A DNA stretch of 62,114 nucleotides, filler included, from Rhabdomonas costata (GCA_019059605.1; 28 parts of 28 records of this genome joined end to end with filler, not necessarily neighbours in it); one strand, 5' to 3'. Counted from the first letter of the whole stretch, positions 1-13,803 are shown. Notes: generated from the sequence alone by a model not told the origin. A program made the numbers and translations.

Positions 1-439
1 TCGGCCCATCTCTGTAGTCGAGAGAGGATGACGTTGAACTTCCGTTTTCGCCCTCGCTCACCACCACGGCCGTTGTCGCGCAATATTGCTTTGGCCAAGA
101 GGAACAATTTACCCAGTGTTGTACGCCCGGGTTGCGGGCATCACAGAAAAACCATCTCTCCTTGAGAAATTTGCTTTGGTCACGACACCCTCCCAGCTGC
201 TTCGCGCAGAACGGCACCTACTAACGATCGCGCTCTGGCAAGGTGCACGACACCACCTTAACCCTAAGCCTCCCCCCTACCCGTGCCGCCGCTGTCACCC
301 CCTGCGGCTAGAAAAACGGGCCCTCGAGTCTCCCGGGGAGCACCGCACTTTCCTTTCGGCGGCCACATTTCTCCACAAATCCCGCCTATGGCCCTCCCCA
401 CCTTCGCACCTTCCACCTTCACACTGGCTCTGCCTCCGC

Positions 440-1660
440 GCCTTACCTCCGCTCAGCCCTCATGCACTACTGCAGCGACTGGCAAAGTTCCCTGATCCTC
501 AGGTTGCATGAGTTTGTTACCCTATTGCTTGGATCAATCATCTTCTGCTCCTGCTGTGGTCACCCATCTGCAGTGCTTTCCTGAGCAAGACCTCCAGTCC
601 ACTCTAGATTGCAACCTGGGAACCTGTCTGCCGGATGCCGCGTGGAAGCAGTGCTGTCTTCCCATTCGTCTCGGAGGGTTCGGCATTCAAAGCCCTTCGA
701 CCCACAGTGCCGCCTACTTCTCTTCGGCTTTGGCCGACGGGAGCGTTCTCCACGGAAAGTGAATCCTCTCCTCCAACAGCAAACCTATGGTCCTGTGCCC
801 GCATCCTCTGCGACCAGTTAGAGTCTCCGGAGCTAGTGCAATGGCTTGCACAGGGCACCCTCCCTCAGCCGAGTCAGATCGTTAAGGATCAGCTGTTGCA
901 CTACTGGGACAAAGTGTTCCTTCTGAAGGAACTTCTCGCAGATGCCCCTCTCCGGGACAAGGTGAGACTTCTGAGCTTGGGCAACCGTCATGCAGGTGCA
1001 CGGCTGGGTGTGGCTCCAAAAACACCATTCTCGGGTTCCGTTTTGACAAAGGGGAGTACTTGCTGCTAACTCACTTTCATCTGGGACTTCCACTTCTCCG
1101 GTACTCCCTGTGAACTTTGCGGTCAGCCCCTGGACGTGTTTGGGGATCATCTAGTCGCGTGCCCAAAGGCGGTGACGCGGAAGCGACACAACAGCTTTTG
1201 CGCAGCTGTCGCGGAGATTGTGGATAATGTCACCCTCCTCGTGGACACAGATGTCCAGGTTCAGGGTCGGAACGGCCTGCGGACCTCCTGCTGTCACATT
1301 CGACTCGCGGGCGAGATACCGCTGTTGATCCAACCAACATACACAGCCTGAATCCTTCACACCAGTGGGATACACGCCACCCAACCGTTGATAAAGCAGA
1401 AGCGGCGAAGGACAACAGTCAGATGGTCCATGCGCCCAGGCAGGGCTCGAGTTTGTTCCCGTGGCTGCAGACACTTTCGGAGCGTACGGCCAAGGGGCGA
1501 GCGGTGTCTGGCTCAGCTCTTCTCACGGTACGCGAAGCGCTTCGTGATAGCAATAGCGACACGAGGTCTCCAGGTCAACCCCAACAACAATGCTGGAAGA
1601 GAGTCGCAGTCGTGCTCCGCAAAGCGGTGGCTCGGCAGCTAGGGGCAGCTTATTCACAGG
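440..1660 (+). mobile_element. Degenerate CRE/SLACS-clade non-LTR retrotransposon, 3' part (post-RT region, CCHC finger, restriction-like endonuclease)
   Basis: Motifs in order across frameshifts: LQRLAKFPDPQVA, LPIRLGGFGI, RLLSLGNRHAGARLGVAP, CELCGQPLDVFGDHLVAC..RKRHN (CCHC + RHN), RPADLLL..DTAVD (REL), VPVAADTFGAYG, WKRVAVVLRKAVARQL. Multiple stops and frameshifts. Confidence 0.85.
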
Positions 1661-2126
1661 CCTGTTCGCTTGTTTGCTTGCTTATTTGTTCCACGTGTTC
1701 GCATCTTCGAGTTCCACCGCGGTCCCTTCCCTTTCCACCCGCGTATTCTTTGTTTCTCGTGAGTCCGCTATTAGCGAGCGGAATTAGAGACCGACTTGGC
1801 GGATTCCCGCCTTTTCCCTTTCCGGTCTTTGGTAATGACCAAGCTTGCAGTGATTAAGGACCGGGGGTGCGACGACCCATTGCGAGCTTTCAAAAGAAAG
1901 AACAAGCCCCCACAAAAAAGTTGCCACCTAATCCCGCTGAAACACCGCTGAGCTCCATTTCGCGAGTAAGCTCATCAAAAGACACTTTTTCCCTTTCTGT
2001 TTTTTTTTGCCCCAGCGTTTACACTTGTTGCCGCTTGCACTCCTTTATGTGGATCACAAAGTGGTTGCAGGGCTCCTCTGGCGAAGCCCTAACCATAAGC
2101 CCATTGTATGCAGAAACCCCCACACA

Positions 2127-2226
2127 NNNNNNNNNNNNNNNNNNNNNNNNNNNNNNNNNNNNNNNNNNNNTTAATTAATTAANNNNNNNNNNNNNNNNNN
2201 NNNNNNNNNNNNNNNNNNNNNNNNNN
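2127..2226. other. Artificial contig spacer (N44-TTAATTAATTAA-N44), first of 27. The others start at 4351, 6574, 8798, 11021, 13246, 15469, 17692, 19914, 22136, 24360, 26581, 28803, 31023, 33244, 35465, 37687, 39911, 42132, 44353, 46574, 48794, 51015, 53236, 55457, 57677 and 59894
   Basis: Identical 100-bp block every ~2.22 kb. TTAATTAATTAA gives stops in all six frames, and sequence content changes abruptly at each spacer. Confidence 0.98.
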
Positions 2227-2707
2227 GTTGTGGGGGTTTTGAATTCTGAGCCCTCCTCTTGTGCGCTTAATGGTTGCGCTGCGCTTCGACTCATGGCGCA
2301 TATCAGATGGCTCTTTGAACTCCTTGAAGAGGGGGAAGTTACCTGTGAATACCGCTCCCACCGAAAGAGGTGGCCCCTTTGATGAATTTGCATTGAGGTT
2401 TTGAGGCTGGCACCTCAAAACACAGCTAGGACTAGTCAGCGGATCATCGAGGTTTTAAGAAAGACGACTGGTACGGCGTTATTTTGGGTGTAACTGAGGC
2501 GAGACAATTCTTAACGGGTGAATCGGTATCTGCCTCTCCTTTTGCAGTCATTGCTTTTTCTTCTGTGAATTTCTGCGTGTTCTTCGTACATTCTGTCAAT
2601 TTCTTGGCCGGAAGGCACAGCAGCCACAGACTTCTCCTCGAGACCAGACTTCTCCGCGAGACTGGTGTGCTTTGGGGTGTACCACTTTTTTTTGCTTGCC
2701 GCACGGA

Positions 2708-4066
2708 ATGGCCACCTCAAGAACCGCGACAGAGGGCGCTGCAGTGGCGGCGGCGGCCCCTGCCCCTGCCGAGGACATCGCGCGGAAGTACAAGCACCTG
2801 GAGGCTAACAAGAGGGACTGGGCCGCGGAGACAGAGAAGGTCTTTGCACCACACGCGCGCACGCACGCACACACACACACAGCAGCTGCTGCTGCTGCGC
2901 GTCAGTCCAGAGTGGTCAACAGCCCATCAGGCAACAGCCCGCGCGCTATGGGCCCAACACACACACACACACCTCGGTGGCTCGGAATTGGAGCACTTCG
3001 GTTGTCCATAACCATGTGCTCCATACGTGCTGGTGGACTTGTGCACAGGAGCATAGCAGAAGCAACTTTTTCAGAGAGTGCATTGCATTGCATTGCATTG
3101 CAGAGCTTGCCCAGTGTTTGTCTGCTTATGGGTAATTATTAAGACAATGCGGTGGGTTGGCCAGGCTCCAGATCAGAGGTATTCAGAGGTATTCTTGTTT
3201 TCTTAAATCGTCATTGTAGATCTTGCGGTGATTTGGTGTGTGTTAAGGTTCAGAGCTTATACGCGTGGGGTTCCCGGGTATCCCTTCCATGCGTCCAGTG
3301 GGAGTGGGAGGACCATCCGAGGATATCTTTCGACTCTGTGCAATCTCTATGCCACTGCCTTAGGAGCTGAGACGGCAGAAGCAGGAGCTGCAGCAGCTGC
3401 GAAAGGACAACGAGCAGCTCAAGCAGCAGGTCATGCTGGCCCAGACCGCCAGCTTTGGCATCGCCCGCACCGCTCCAGGTGCGGCGTGCGGTCTTGCTCA
3501 GGCCTTGCGAATAATGCGAACGGCCGGCCCCTTGTAATGGTTGAGGGCTGGAGGAGATCCAGGCCCTGGTGGGCTTGTTGATGCAAAGATGTGACCTGTG
3601 GTGCTAGTTTGTTGCTGTTAATGTCAACCTCTGCGCCAAATCCAAATCCGTGTCTTTTCCCCTCCTTTCCCTTGCCCCTTTTGTAGATATTGCGCTGAGC
3701 TCTTTCTGCTCCCGATTGCTTCTCACTTTGGATGCATTCTGCTTTACTTTGCTTCCCACGTCACTCGCTTGCCAAAAACAGATGCTGTGGGTATGAGCGC
3801 TTTTTTTTTCAATTACTATTTTTTAATTGGATGCCATCTACTTTCGTCATTCTGCAAACATCTCTTCCTTCCGCGATAAGGCTTCCTCTCACTCTCACTC
3901 TCTTTCCCTGTTTTCCTTCTCTGGTCCCCCTGTCTTTACTCGCCGGGTCGGGGGGGGGCTGCCAGATGGGTCCACGATCCACCCCAGTTCAGGGTCGACA
4001 CGGCGGCTGCAGAAGGTGAAGGAGATGGACCAACGCAAGGAAACCTTCGACAACCTCAGCTCTATG
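2708..4066 (+). CDS. 5' exons (2708-2839, 3364-3478, 3993-4066) of a coiled-coil protein resembling outer dynein arm docking complex subunit ODA1/CCDC114
   Basis: GT-AG introns join in phase to give MATSRT...DIARKYKHLEANKRDWAAETEK/ELRRQKQELQQLRKDNEQLKQQV.../GSTRRLQKVKEMDQRKETFDNLSSM. This resembles the ODA-DC2 N-terminus as I recall it. Confidence 0.55.
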
Positions 4067-4543
4067 GTCGTCAGAGCTGTGAAAACTTATCTTTTCTGTG
4101 GTCACCGAACCAGTGATGTCAACATGGGGCGTGATGTAGACAGGTTTTAAACCCAGAATTTGTTTCATGTTGGGTCCACCAGCGTTGGACGACAACATCG
4201 TGCCAATGCGGTTTTCTGGGTGCTGCTCTTCCCTCAATGTGCCGAAGCAGCTGTTCTCGGGACCAACAAGAAGCGTGTGAAACCCAAGACCCAAGCAGGA
4301 CCCGCCCTCCCATTCCCCGTCTTTTGATGCACGCGCAGGCGCTGCAACTCNNNNNNNNNNNNNNNNNNNNNNNNNNNNNNNNNNNNNNNNNNNNTTAATT
4401 AATTAANNNNNNNNNNNNNNNNNNNNNNNNNNNNNNNNNNNNNNNNNNNNGGTTTTGTTATCATGGAGGGCACGAGAAGGAGTTGTCCTTCGCCCGTATG
4501 AGCAGTGCCCTTTAACTGTTTTTGGAGGGGGCTGGCGAAATAG

Positions 4544-5604
4544 GGATCATTATTACGGAGCTTTACTTGCTTCGCCCGCTGTTCCCCGGAGCCTCGGAGT
4601 CCGATCAGATCTTTAAGATCTGCTCCGTCCTGGGCACCCCCACCCCGCAGACCTGGCACGACGCGGCCAAGCTGGCCGCCACAATGAATTTCAAGTTTCC
4701 CCAGGTTCCTTACCAACTCGCAGAAAAAAACCCACACGCACGAATCCATTTAGCCAATTATGGCATGAAGATATGGTGTCAAAGCCCATGCTGCCGAACA
4801 ACTTCGAACCACAGGCAGACGCAACCTCAACGGGTTGTGCAATCCTACCTGAAGAAGTTGACATCTATTTCTAATGATTCGGGTTCTCATAGCGAATGAA
4901 AAAAGGATGAGTGAAACGAACCTGGCACCTGGCAAAGATTTGCAATTTGCATTGTACTCTGTAGAAACCGGCCAGTCCCGTTCCACCTAAGTTGGCCAAA
5001 ATCTGTGTGTGCACAAATATTGTTGCAGGCATCGCAGGTGACATTTTCTGGGTGGTGTTTTTGTTTTATACTTTTCTTGCCGAAGGGAACAGATGTGCTT
5101 TTTTGCGCCCTTTGGCTCCCGCAAAACCGATGGTGAGAAAATACCCCAGGTAACTGGAATGACAAACCCCTTTGTTGGACTCCCTGAATTTTTGTGTCTT
5201 CATCTGTGCCGTTGGTACCAAGTGGACGTGTGGATTAGAAGGAGAGAGTCTGAGCAAGTTTTTTCATGCCGACGGTGAAACGAATTTTAGGGCGAAGGAA
5301 TGGACGATGGGACTCTCCGGCCGCTGACTCGCTCTCTCTCTCTTCAATTGCCCCCGACAGTTCGTGCCGACGCCGCTGTCGTCGCTGGTGCCCCAGGCCT
5401 GTCCCGAGGCCCTGCAACTGATCGGGGACCTCTTGAGGTACGAGCCCTCCAAGCGCCCCCGGGCGGAGGACGCGCTGCAGTACCCGTTTCTGCAGATCTC
5501 AGGGGCGGCGCTACCCGCGGCGGTGCTGCTGGCCTCGGCCTCGGAGCAGCCCCCCTCCGCCACTCAGTCCCCCCTCCTCGAGCCCACGATGCCCTCCAGC
5601 CGGG
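4544..5604 (+). CDS. MAK/ICK-family CMGC Ser/Thr kinase, C-lobe exons (4544-4704, 5361-~5604)
   Basis: GIIITELYLLRPLFPGASESDQIFKICSVLGTP..MNFKFPQ/FVPTPLSSLVPQACPEALQLIGDLLRYEPSKRPRAEDALQYPF, joined by an in-phase GT-AG intron. Confidence 0.9.
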
Positions 5605-6910
5605 GTCCCCTCTCCCTCACTTTCTCGCTCTCTGCTATCACCTTGGCCTTGATTGTGATGTGTTTGTTGGGAGGGTGAACTTCCTTTCCGCCCAACAATC
5701 GTTTCGTCTCTGCTAATACCCAAACCCGCGGTACCCTATCATATGGCTCTCTTGTCATATGGAAAGCTGCTCTCTCTGCGCCTCTTCTCTCTCACCCTCT
5801 CTCGCCATTTCCTGGTACTTTTGACTACTTTTGACGAGTGTTTCTAACCGTTGCCCCAATTGTGAAAATGGCAATGACAATGATGAGCGGAGTATTCCCT
5901 CATTCCCAATGCAAACCCGACTCCAATCCTGGCCCCCTCTGGAACGATCTGGCTGCCAAGCCACCCTATGAACGGTGGAGATGGTCCTGTGTTTGGGGGT
6001 TGGGGTGCGCGGCCATGGAAGCAGCCACATACGTCCAGCAGGTCGTTGATCAAGTATAGCAGCGCACTCCCACTGCAGCTGATGCTGCGGGTACACTCGC
6101 GCTGCTTGGGGTCCAGCGTGGTGGTCTCCAGAAGGATCTGCCAAGGAAAAAATCACATAGCCAACTGCAAGCACTGGAGTGACCGAAATTGCAAAATTGC
6201 ACACACGTAAGTCTTGCAAATCGCCGATTTCACATCGGCAGAAGCACTGAGAACCTAATCTGGTCTCGCCATCCAAAAATGCATGGTGCTATGTTGGAAA
6301 TAATCGCGAGAGAAATCCACACAAAAAAGTATACCTTTCGAGCTCGTGGTGACCTGGGAGCACGGAGGCGGGGGGGGGGTTAAGTCCCCCTACCTCGCCT
6401 GCCAGACAGAACCTGACTACTTGTTTAACTACAGGAACAGTCGTCCAACCTCTCCCCCGACTCATCACGCAAACCTATACAACAATAAGCCAAAAGATAA
6501 ACCATTCCGACATACCTCCGCCATCCCAATGCACGCCGTAAGCGGCGTCCGCATCTCGTGGCTCACAACACAANNNNNNNNNNNNNNNNNNNNNNNNNNN
6601 NNNNNNNNNNNNNNNNNTTAATTAATTAANNNNNNNNNNNNNNNNNNNNNNNNNNNNNNNNNNNNNNNNNNNNGTGGTGGGGTTCCACGAATTATTATCA
6701 GAAGGATGAAAGAGCGAATCACGATTTGAATGTGTATGAGCCAACCACCCGAAATTCCTCTCCCTCGCCCATAACGAGCACAATATCACAGCCGTCGCAT
6801 CAGAACTAAAGGCTTTTTAGTGGCCATCGTTGCCGCATGGCGTCCGCGCCCGGGCTGTCCGCGAAGGACGCCCCAACAATGTAAACGGCGAGTCTGCCCT
6901 CGCATCTCTC

Positions 6911-8518
6911 TCAGCTGGTGCCGTTCGGCGGGGCTGCTGCAGCTGTGGTGGGCGGAGTGGTGGACTTGGGTACCGCCGCGAAGGGGGCGTGGGTCTCCAG
7001 CACCGCCCGAAACTCCGGCAGCACCTCCAGCAGCCGCGTCCTAGAAAACGGGCGGCGGATGTTCCCACGGCATCTGCCGGTTGTGATCGACCATAAACTG
7101 GAATCACTTCTCTTTTTTTCTTGGCTTGGAGGTTGCGATCCCGCCAGAGCTCGATTCTTAATGAAAACAGCGGGACAGGATGCCTGTTCGGCTCGTTGAG
7201 GATACGGGTAAGCAATACTCCCTCTCTTTCTCTCACTGCCTCAACTGTGGCACCCTTCCCGCCCTCTCTTCTTGGGTCAATTACCTTGCATGCAAGGCAA
7301 TCTTCCAAGACTTTTGCCCCCTGTGGCCTTTGCTTTCCCAACGCAGAGTCAATCTGTATGCCACCCAGAGCCACCCAGGCTGGTGTTCATCTTAGACGTG
7401 AATGTGCTTGTGCCGGGTCAGTTGAAACTCTATTTGACAGTGCACACGAGGGCATATGCAAACCCCAATGTCTGCGCGATCTCCGTAGCAGACATTAGCG
7501 GGGAGTAGTCGTGGAGCTGCAGCCGGCACCGAACGGGGCCATAGCGACCTGAGAGAAGGTGTTTCCAAGTGCAGTAACGTGTTTGTTTAGCATGTGCACG
7601 GAATTCGTCTTTTCCGTACGAAACCGGTATAGATGCGGTCATGGCCTGACATGAAGCGACCAGGAGAGAGAGAGAGAGATCTGTCATCCTTTACCTCACA
7701 CTCGGCACCTCACCCATTGGCCCATTGGCTGTGGAAGAGTGAGTGATACCTTTCAATCAACTGCAATACTAGCATTTTCCGATTGCCATGGCCATGGCCA
7801 TGGCCATGTTTGAACATGCAAGATCACGCATGCTACAGTCTCGCCCTTGATAGACGGCTTGGCTCGCATTTGTAAGAAACCCCTCAAGTAGTCAAGGAAT
7901 AGCAGGGGAATACACCTCCGCTCATCTCTGTGCAGAAGATGCTGGAGAGCTGCACCAAGGGCTGCTCCAAGGGAAACTTGCACACCGTATCAGACAGCGT
8001 CACTGCCACCCCCACAAACAAGCAACCCCGACCGAATAACCCGCTGAAAGCCCAACCACAAAAGCCATATGCGAGCAACAAAACACTCGCCCAAACGTAC
8101 ACCTACTCACCTGGCAGCTCACAGTGGTTTTCTTTCCACGAGAAGAAGACAAGGACTTCTACAGCATCGCCAAAACGAGAACAGACTCTTTCTCAGAGGC
8201 CTTGGACCCCCACCATCACTGAGGGCGTTCATCAGAGAATTCTGATGATGCACACGTCTTGTCCTTCTTCTTCCTCATTCTCTAGTTTTCCTCATCCATG
8301 CAAACTTTCCCCTGCTTAGATGAATTGGATGAAATGTGCGCACACACACACACACACAGGCTCTCACTCTCTCTCAATCTCAAATGCAAAGACACGCAGA
8401 CCATGCATCAAGAAAGACACGTTGGTTGTGAACAGAAAGCTGACGGAGTTGTACAGCGTGGCGTCGTACTCCAGAGAGCTGCGGGCGGAAGATGGCAACA
8501 AGAAATGTGGCCGATCCA
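6911..8518 (-). CDS. 3' exons (~8518-8421, 7976-7916, 7548-7464, 7040-6911) of a BRE/BRCC45 (BABAM2)-like protein
   Basis: Phase-consistent GT-AG splicing gives SLEYDATLYNSVSFLF../FPLEQPLVQLSSIF../..HDYSPLMSATEIAQTLGTRLLEVLPEFRAV..*. This parallels the BRE C-terminus (EYDA..FPRDQP.L..QSVY..YSPRW...EMA..FVPQF). One small exon may be missing. Confidence 0.6.
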
Positions 8519-9299
8519 CTTAGGTAGTGCCCTGGACTGCAGCAAACCTTGTGAGGAGTGGCGCTAACTTTGGAAAGACTTTCAAGCGCACAGGGATAAG
8601 AAACAGGGGAGTACACGTTAAACGCCAGAAATTTGGTAAACCAAAAAATTCACTAAGAGGGAACATTGGAAAAAGGAAGAAGAATGAGAAAAGAGAAAAA
8701 GAAAAGCAAAAAAAAAAAAAGAAAAAGGTGTTGGGGTAAGGTTTCGGCCGTAAGTGACCCTGACCCAAGTGTCAAAGCTAGGTGCAAAAAAAAACCCNNN
8801 NNNNNNNNNNNNNNNNNNNNNNNNNNNNNNNNNNNNNNNNNTTAATTAATTAANNNNNNNNNNNNNNNNNNNNNNNNNNNNNNNNNNNNNNNNNNNNGGG
8901 TGTTGGTACTAGAATAAGATGTCCAATTACATTTTTAAAGCCACAATTCTTGTTGTTGAAGCTATCTCTTCACAATGAACTAAAATGTAAATAAAAGCTT
9001 CCTAAAGAAAGTGTAGTAGAAAATGTAATTGGACATCTTATTCTAGTACCTGCGCATGCACACCATTACCAGTATGTGAGGAGCCACATTGTGGTGCAAG
9101 ATGACATACAGCTCCTTTTTTTAACGTCCTGTATGATTCATCTGAATCCGTAGGTATTCACCGTGTACTTCAAGTCAGAGCAGCACAGACAGTTGGTGCT
9201 GCACCAAATTCTTCGTCGAAATTGTAGGCAATTATGAAAACTTCTGTGCAAGGAATCATGGCGATCACATAATGTACTTGAAAAAACAATGGAGAGTAA

Positions 9300-10300
9300 T
9301 TCATTGTTAGTAGTCATACTCTTCAAGTCAGCAGGTAAATGATTTGGTTAGTTGAAGTAAGCGCAAACCATGTGGTAACGTATCTCAATTAGGTGATCCA
9401 GTCCATTGAGGAAGTCGACGCTATATAAGAAGAGCTAGTGAACACCACAATTTAGTTATAATTGCTTTCAGCATGCTGATTGTCTTAGACCAGCATACAA
9501 TGCACATTTGAGTTCATGAATATACACAAAAGATGTTAAAAACAGAGTTCAGGAAGATCATTAAATTCACGTATGTAGCTCATGTGTCGTAATGTTGTAA
9601 ACACTGGCTTCAGTGTTGGTGACACGTCTGCATATTGTTTTGTGCTCTAAGCGTGTAGCAGCCTTTTTGATTTAAGTAATTCCAGAGCAGCGCGATAACG
9701 GAACGTGTAATCCAAATTTCACAAGTACCCAAAGAAGCCTATATCTCTAATGATTTTGGTTCGACTGGAAGGCGCTGAAGCGTCGCATTTGCTGGACTCT
9801 GGATATTTAGGCTCTTTCATCAATGCTGACGATGTTTAGAAGGCAGGATACATTTAATGCTCTTTTACTGTCGATTCATGTTGTACAAATTTAAATGCTA
9901 TAAAAGTTACGAGGTTTGTTTGCTAACTTATATTCTTGTGTGTAATTGACGCCCACGATTTTATTGTTTTCGGCAATCATTTACTTCATCAATTTATCAA
10001 ATTGCTAACGCGTTTTAGTGGACAGTAAAGATCATGACGTGTAAAAAAACGTACTTGCCTTTCTTTTGCAGCAAACGTTGAAGATTAATATTTGACATCC
10101 AACCATCACTTTATACTTTTAATATTCAAAACCATCACCTTAATTCCATTGAGTCAACTCACATTATTGCCGCTTTGTGATCTTTTGTTGGTACAAATTG
10201 TACACAATTGTATTTGAAACGTTTCCTGTGCAACTGAGAATGTTTCAATGCAAAGTTGGAAATCTTTTGCAGTGATTAGTAGGGTTGATCTGCAACACCG
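9300..10300 (-). mobile_element. Possible highly eroded hAT-type DNA transposase in an AT-rich contig
   Basis: Fragments in hAT-like order across frames: ITAKDFQ, SDGWMS, ENNKIVGV, LDYTFRYRAALE. Many stops and no long ORF. Confidence 0.3.
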
Positions 10301-11265
10301 ATGCACAAACTTGAAGCTTTGCAAGTGTAAATGTTGTTTGGGTACATTCCGGTTATCTGCCACAAGTTTTCCTGTAACCTGCCAAACAAAGCTACCATGC
10401 CTGTTAGACTCGCATTTATTCCAAAAGTGACAATTTCTACACAAACGTTTACGCCCCACAACGGCATTACACCAATGGATAGGACGTGCCATTTGAGCAC
10501 AGAATGTGACTAATAGGTTATGCTCAAGTTGACTACCTACTGGTTTGCAAGGAGCGCACATACAGAGCCGAGGTATGGATGAGGATATTAAACTTCCTAC
10601 AAATCACATGGATGACGTAAGACTTGGAGGCGACGTTGATATACATCTGGCATAGTAAATACACTTTCATCGAGTTGTCTGGAGACGAGCTGCCGATGAA
10701 AATTAATCCGGATGTGAAGTGGCACGCTCGAATCCTGCATGTAGTACCTGAAGTCTCTACCAAAAACATACAATTGGTGGAGAAGAAACATTAGTGGCGA
10801 TCAAAAAATACGCTCACAAAGTAAATGAACGTGCCAGCCTACCACAACTTTCTGTGTAATCAACCGAAAAACTGAAAACTGTTTTCTAAACTCCGTTACA
10901 TCACAGGAATACCAACTGACTCTGAAGGCCGATCTTGTTAAGAACAAGACGACTAGTCATGCCAAAATCATCTCTTACCTATTCATCAGCATTTGTACAC
11001 TGCCCAGAAAATTGTGTCTCNNNNNNNNNNNNNNNNNNNNNNNNNNNNNNNNNNNNNNNNNNNNTTAATTAATTAANNNNNNNNNNNNNNNNNNNNNNNN
11101 NNNNNNNNNNNNNNNNNNNNGGTTGTTGGGATATGTGCTCCCGGCAGGTACCTCCACGGCGCACGGTGCCGTGGGATGCAGGCTCACCGCCACAGCAGTG
11201 TGTGTGTTTGGTGAAGGCAGGTCCTACAGGAACACAAAGGCAATGCAAGCACATGGCACACGTAC

Positions 11266-12801
11266 AGTGGGGGGTGCCACAAAAAGTTTGGGCTTCGTCC
11301 CGCATCGTGGCCAGCCCGAAGTCCGTGATGACCAGGTGACCCTGGACCACCCACCCAATGCACCAATGGATGCGCGTCATGCGGATGCTTTTCTGTTTTC
11401 GACGTTTTTCACTGCGAAATCAGAATGCATTTCAGATGCACCCCTCTGCCGCTTGGCAGAAATGTGGTGAAGCCAGACCATTTTGCCTTTTTTATTTGCG
11501 CAAGAAGGAAAATAGGAATTCCAAAGACCTCTTTCTTTCCCCTCGTCCCAAATCATTCTATCCTATCCCTTAACCACCCTGAAGCACCCTGAAGCAAACA
11601 TCTCGCTTTTTTTTCCACTTCAGAGAGCACAATTCCCAAAAAGAGCATCTGCACGGACAGAAATACACACACACACACACACACACAGCACACAAGCATG
11701 AACACACGCAGACGACCTCCCTGTCCAAGATGATGTTCCCAGGCTTAAGGTCACGGTAGATGATGTTCTTGCCGTGAATGTACTGCAGCGCTAGGCACAG
11801 CTCCGCGGCGTAGAACACAGCGCGGGGCTCCGCGAACCGCCCACACTCGTTGAGGTGAAACGTCAGCGCGCCCCCACAGTGGAAGTCCTCAATGAGGTAC
11901 AACTTCTGGTCCGTTTGGAAGGCCGCGTGCAGCCGCACCATGAAGGGGTGGTTGAGCTGTGGCGCACGGCATAGAAGCGTTAGACTTCCAAATCGTAAAA
12001 AGGTTTTGCAATTGACAGTTCAAAGTGAAACCATCCTCCGGCTTCGAGTGTACTGATACGCTAAAGAAAGAGCACCCTTGAGCCTTTTGGATTAGCTGAT
12101 TGCAATATGCAGCTTCTTGGAAGGAAATGTGCTCCAAGCAAGTGAACACCGCGAATATCAGAGAAAGGGGACTCATCATGAACCCAGTAAATAGCATAAT
12201 CGTTGCTGGCCCGCCGGCGTGCAGGTGGGCAGATGGTGCGCAATTCTACAGTTTTTGTAACAAAGCAAGCCCGAAAGCCCAGTGCAGAAAGCCCACTTCG
12301 GGGCCAGCACGCTTAGGTGTCCTTATCTATCAGAGAGGTCCGTCCGTTCATCCGACTCTCCTTGGGCGCTTCTAAAGGTGGCGGCTTTAATTCAAATGAC
12401 GGGTTCTTTCAGCCGACTCGGGCTGAGGTTCAGGTAGAAACAACGTGACGGCTTGGGCAGAGGAACGGGTCTGCGAGTGCAAAAAAAAAGCCACCACTTT
12501 CACGACGGTACTGATTTCTTTGGGCAGACGAGAATGGTTCCGGTGCGGGTGTGATCCCGGCGAAGGCAGGTGAGGTAGGGACATATGGAGAGAAGGAGAA
12601 AGGTTGGGGCGGAGGGCGTACGCTTCGGAGGATCTCGCTCTCAGCCAGCACGGCACCGACCATGTGCTGGCTGAGCACGTGCTCCTTGAACATCACCTTC
12701 ATCGCAAAGACCTCGCCGGTCTGCTTGTGCCGCACCTTCAGCACCTTCCCACAACTGCCTCGGCCCACAATCGCCAGCTTCAAGTAGTCCTCCTTCCGGT
12801 T
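11266..12801 (-). CDS. AGC-family (RAC/S6K-like) Ser/Thr kinase, exons 12801-12622, 11956-11717, 11341-11266
   Basis: VGRGSCGKV..FAMKVM, HPFMVRLHAAFQT..YRDLKPGNIILD, GHLVITDFGLA..TFCGTP. GT-AG introns are in phase. Confidence 0.93.
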
Positions 12802-13803
12802 CTGTGGGAAATACAAGAAGATCGAAACTCATGCGTCTCTTTCCCTTTTTATTTCGTGCAACCGAGCAACAAACCCGGCTGCACCGTCAGTTTTCCTTGC
12901 GCCATTGGGACTTTCATTTCCACTACATTCTCGGGTGCGCGCCTCTGTCGCACGAAGATGACTGCCGCCAACCACAAGAACAGCATTCTCGTCATCTGAA
13001 CGGATGGTGGGAGCTTAACGACCACCTCGGCTCAGGGCTTCTCTGCTTCTCTGTGCGTCTTTGTTCTGTTCTCGGAGATTGCGCGTGATGTATGTGTGCC
13101 TCTCGGTCCCAGCAAGCCGTGGCCCCACTACAACTGCTTCTGAGGCACGCTCACGCATTGACTCAATGCGTGAATCCAGAATGAAAGTGGAAGCGAGGTT
13201 GCCATCCTGTCATTGCACAGCCCAAAACCCCCTCCTGGAACCAATNNNNNNNNNNNNNNNNNNNNNNNNNNNNNNNNNNNNNNNNNNNNTTAATTAATTA
13301 ANNNNNNNNNNNNNNNNNNNNNNNNNNNNNNNNNNNNNNNNNNNNGGGGTGTTGGTATAGAGTTCAGCCTTGCCAATAATTGGCATTATTTTTCTTGCCA
13401 CGATAGTTCTTAGACCCCAGGTAATAAATAAATAAATTTATTTAAAAAAAATATAAATAAATGGCCCCCCGTTTATCCACGGCGATCGCCCGTTATTGAG
13501 AGCGATAAGACCAGGGGCTCGCAGGCTTGTGTCAGCTGGTGACCTTCCCAATGAGGACTGCTTCCTTTGGGGGATATTTTTCTGCGCGTGGGTTTTTAGT
13601 ACTAACCTTCCTTCAATGTTCTATTTGGATTCATTAACAGCGACTGGGGATGGGCGCTGGCTTGTTAACCTCAGTTCATCCTAAACTGTCGGCGTGCTTC
13701 CTGGTGTGCGGGTGTGCGTCACATGCCGACCTACGTTGATTCATAATCACCAGCGTGGTTTGGACTCAAGACTAGTCAGTGGAGGATTGGTGGGTACTTG
13801 CAG

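Noticed and set aside
8905-9050. 31-bp perfect inverted repeat (8905-8935 / 9020-9050) as MITE termini
   Set aside because: It lies right at a contig start after a G/T tail and has no clear TSD. It shows the same pattern as the evident fold-back at 53142-53229, so it is probably an amplification artefact.
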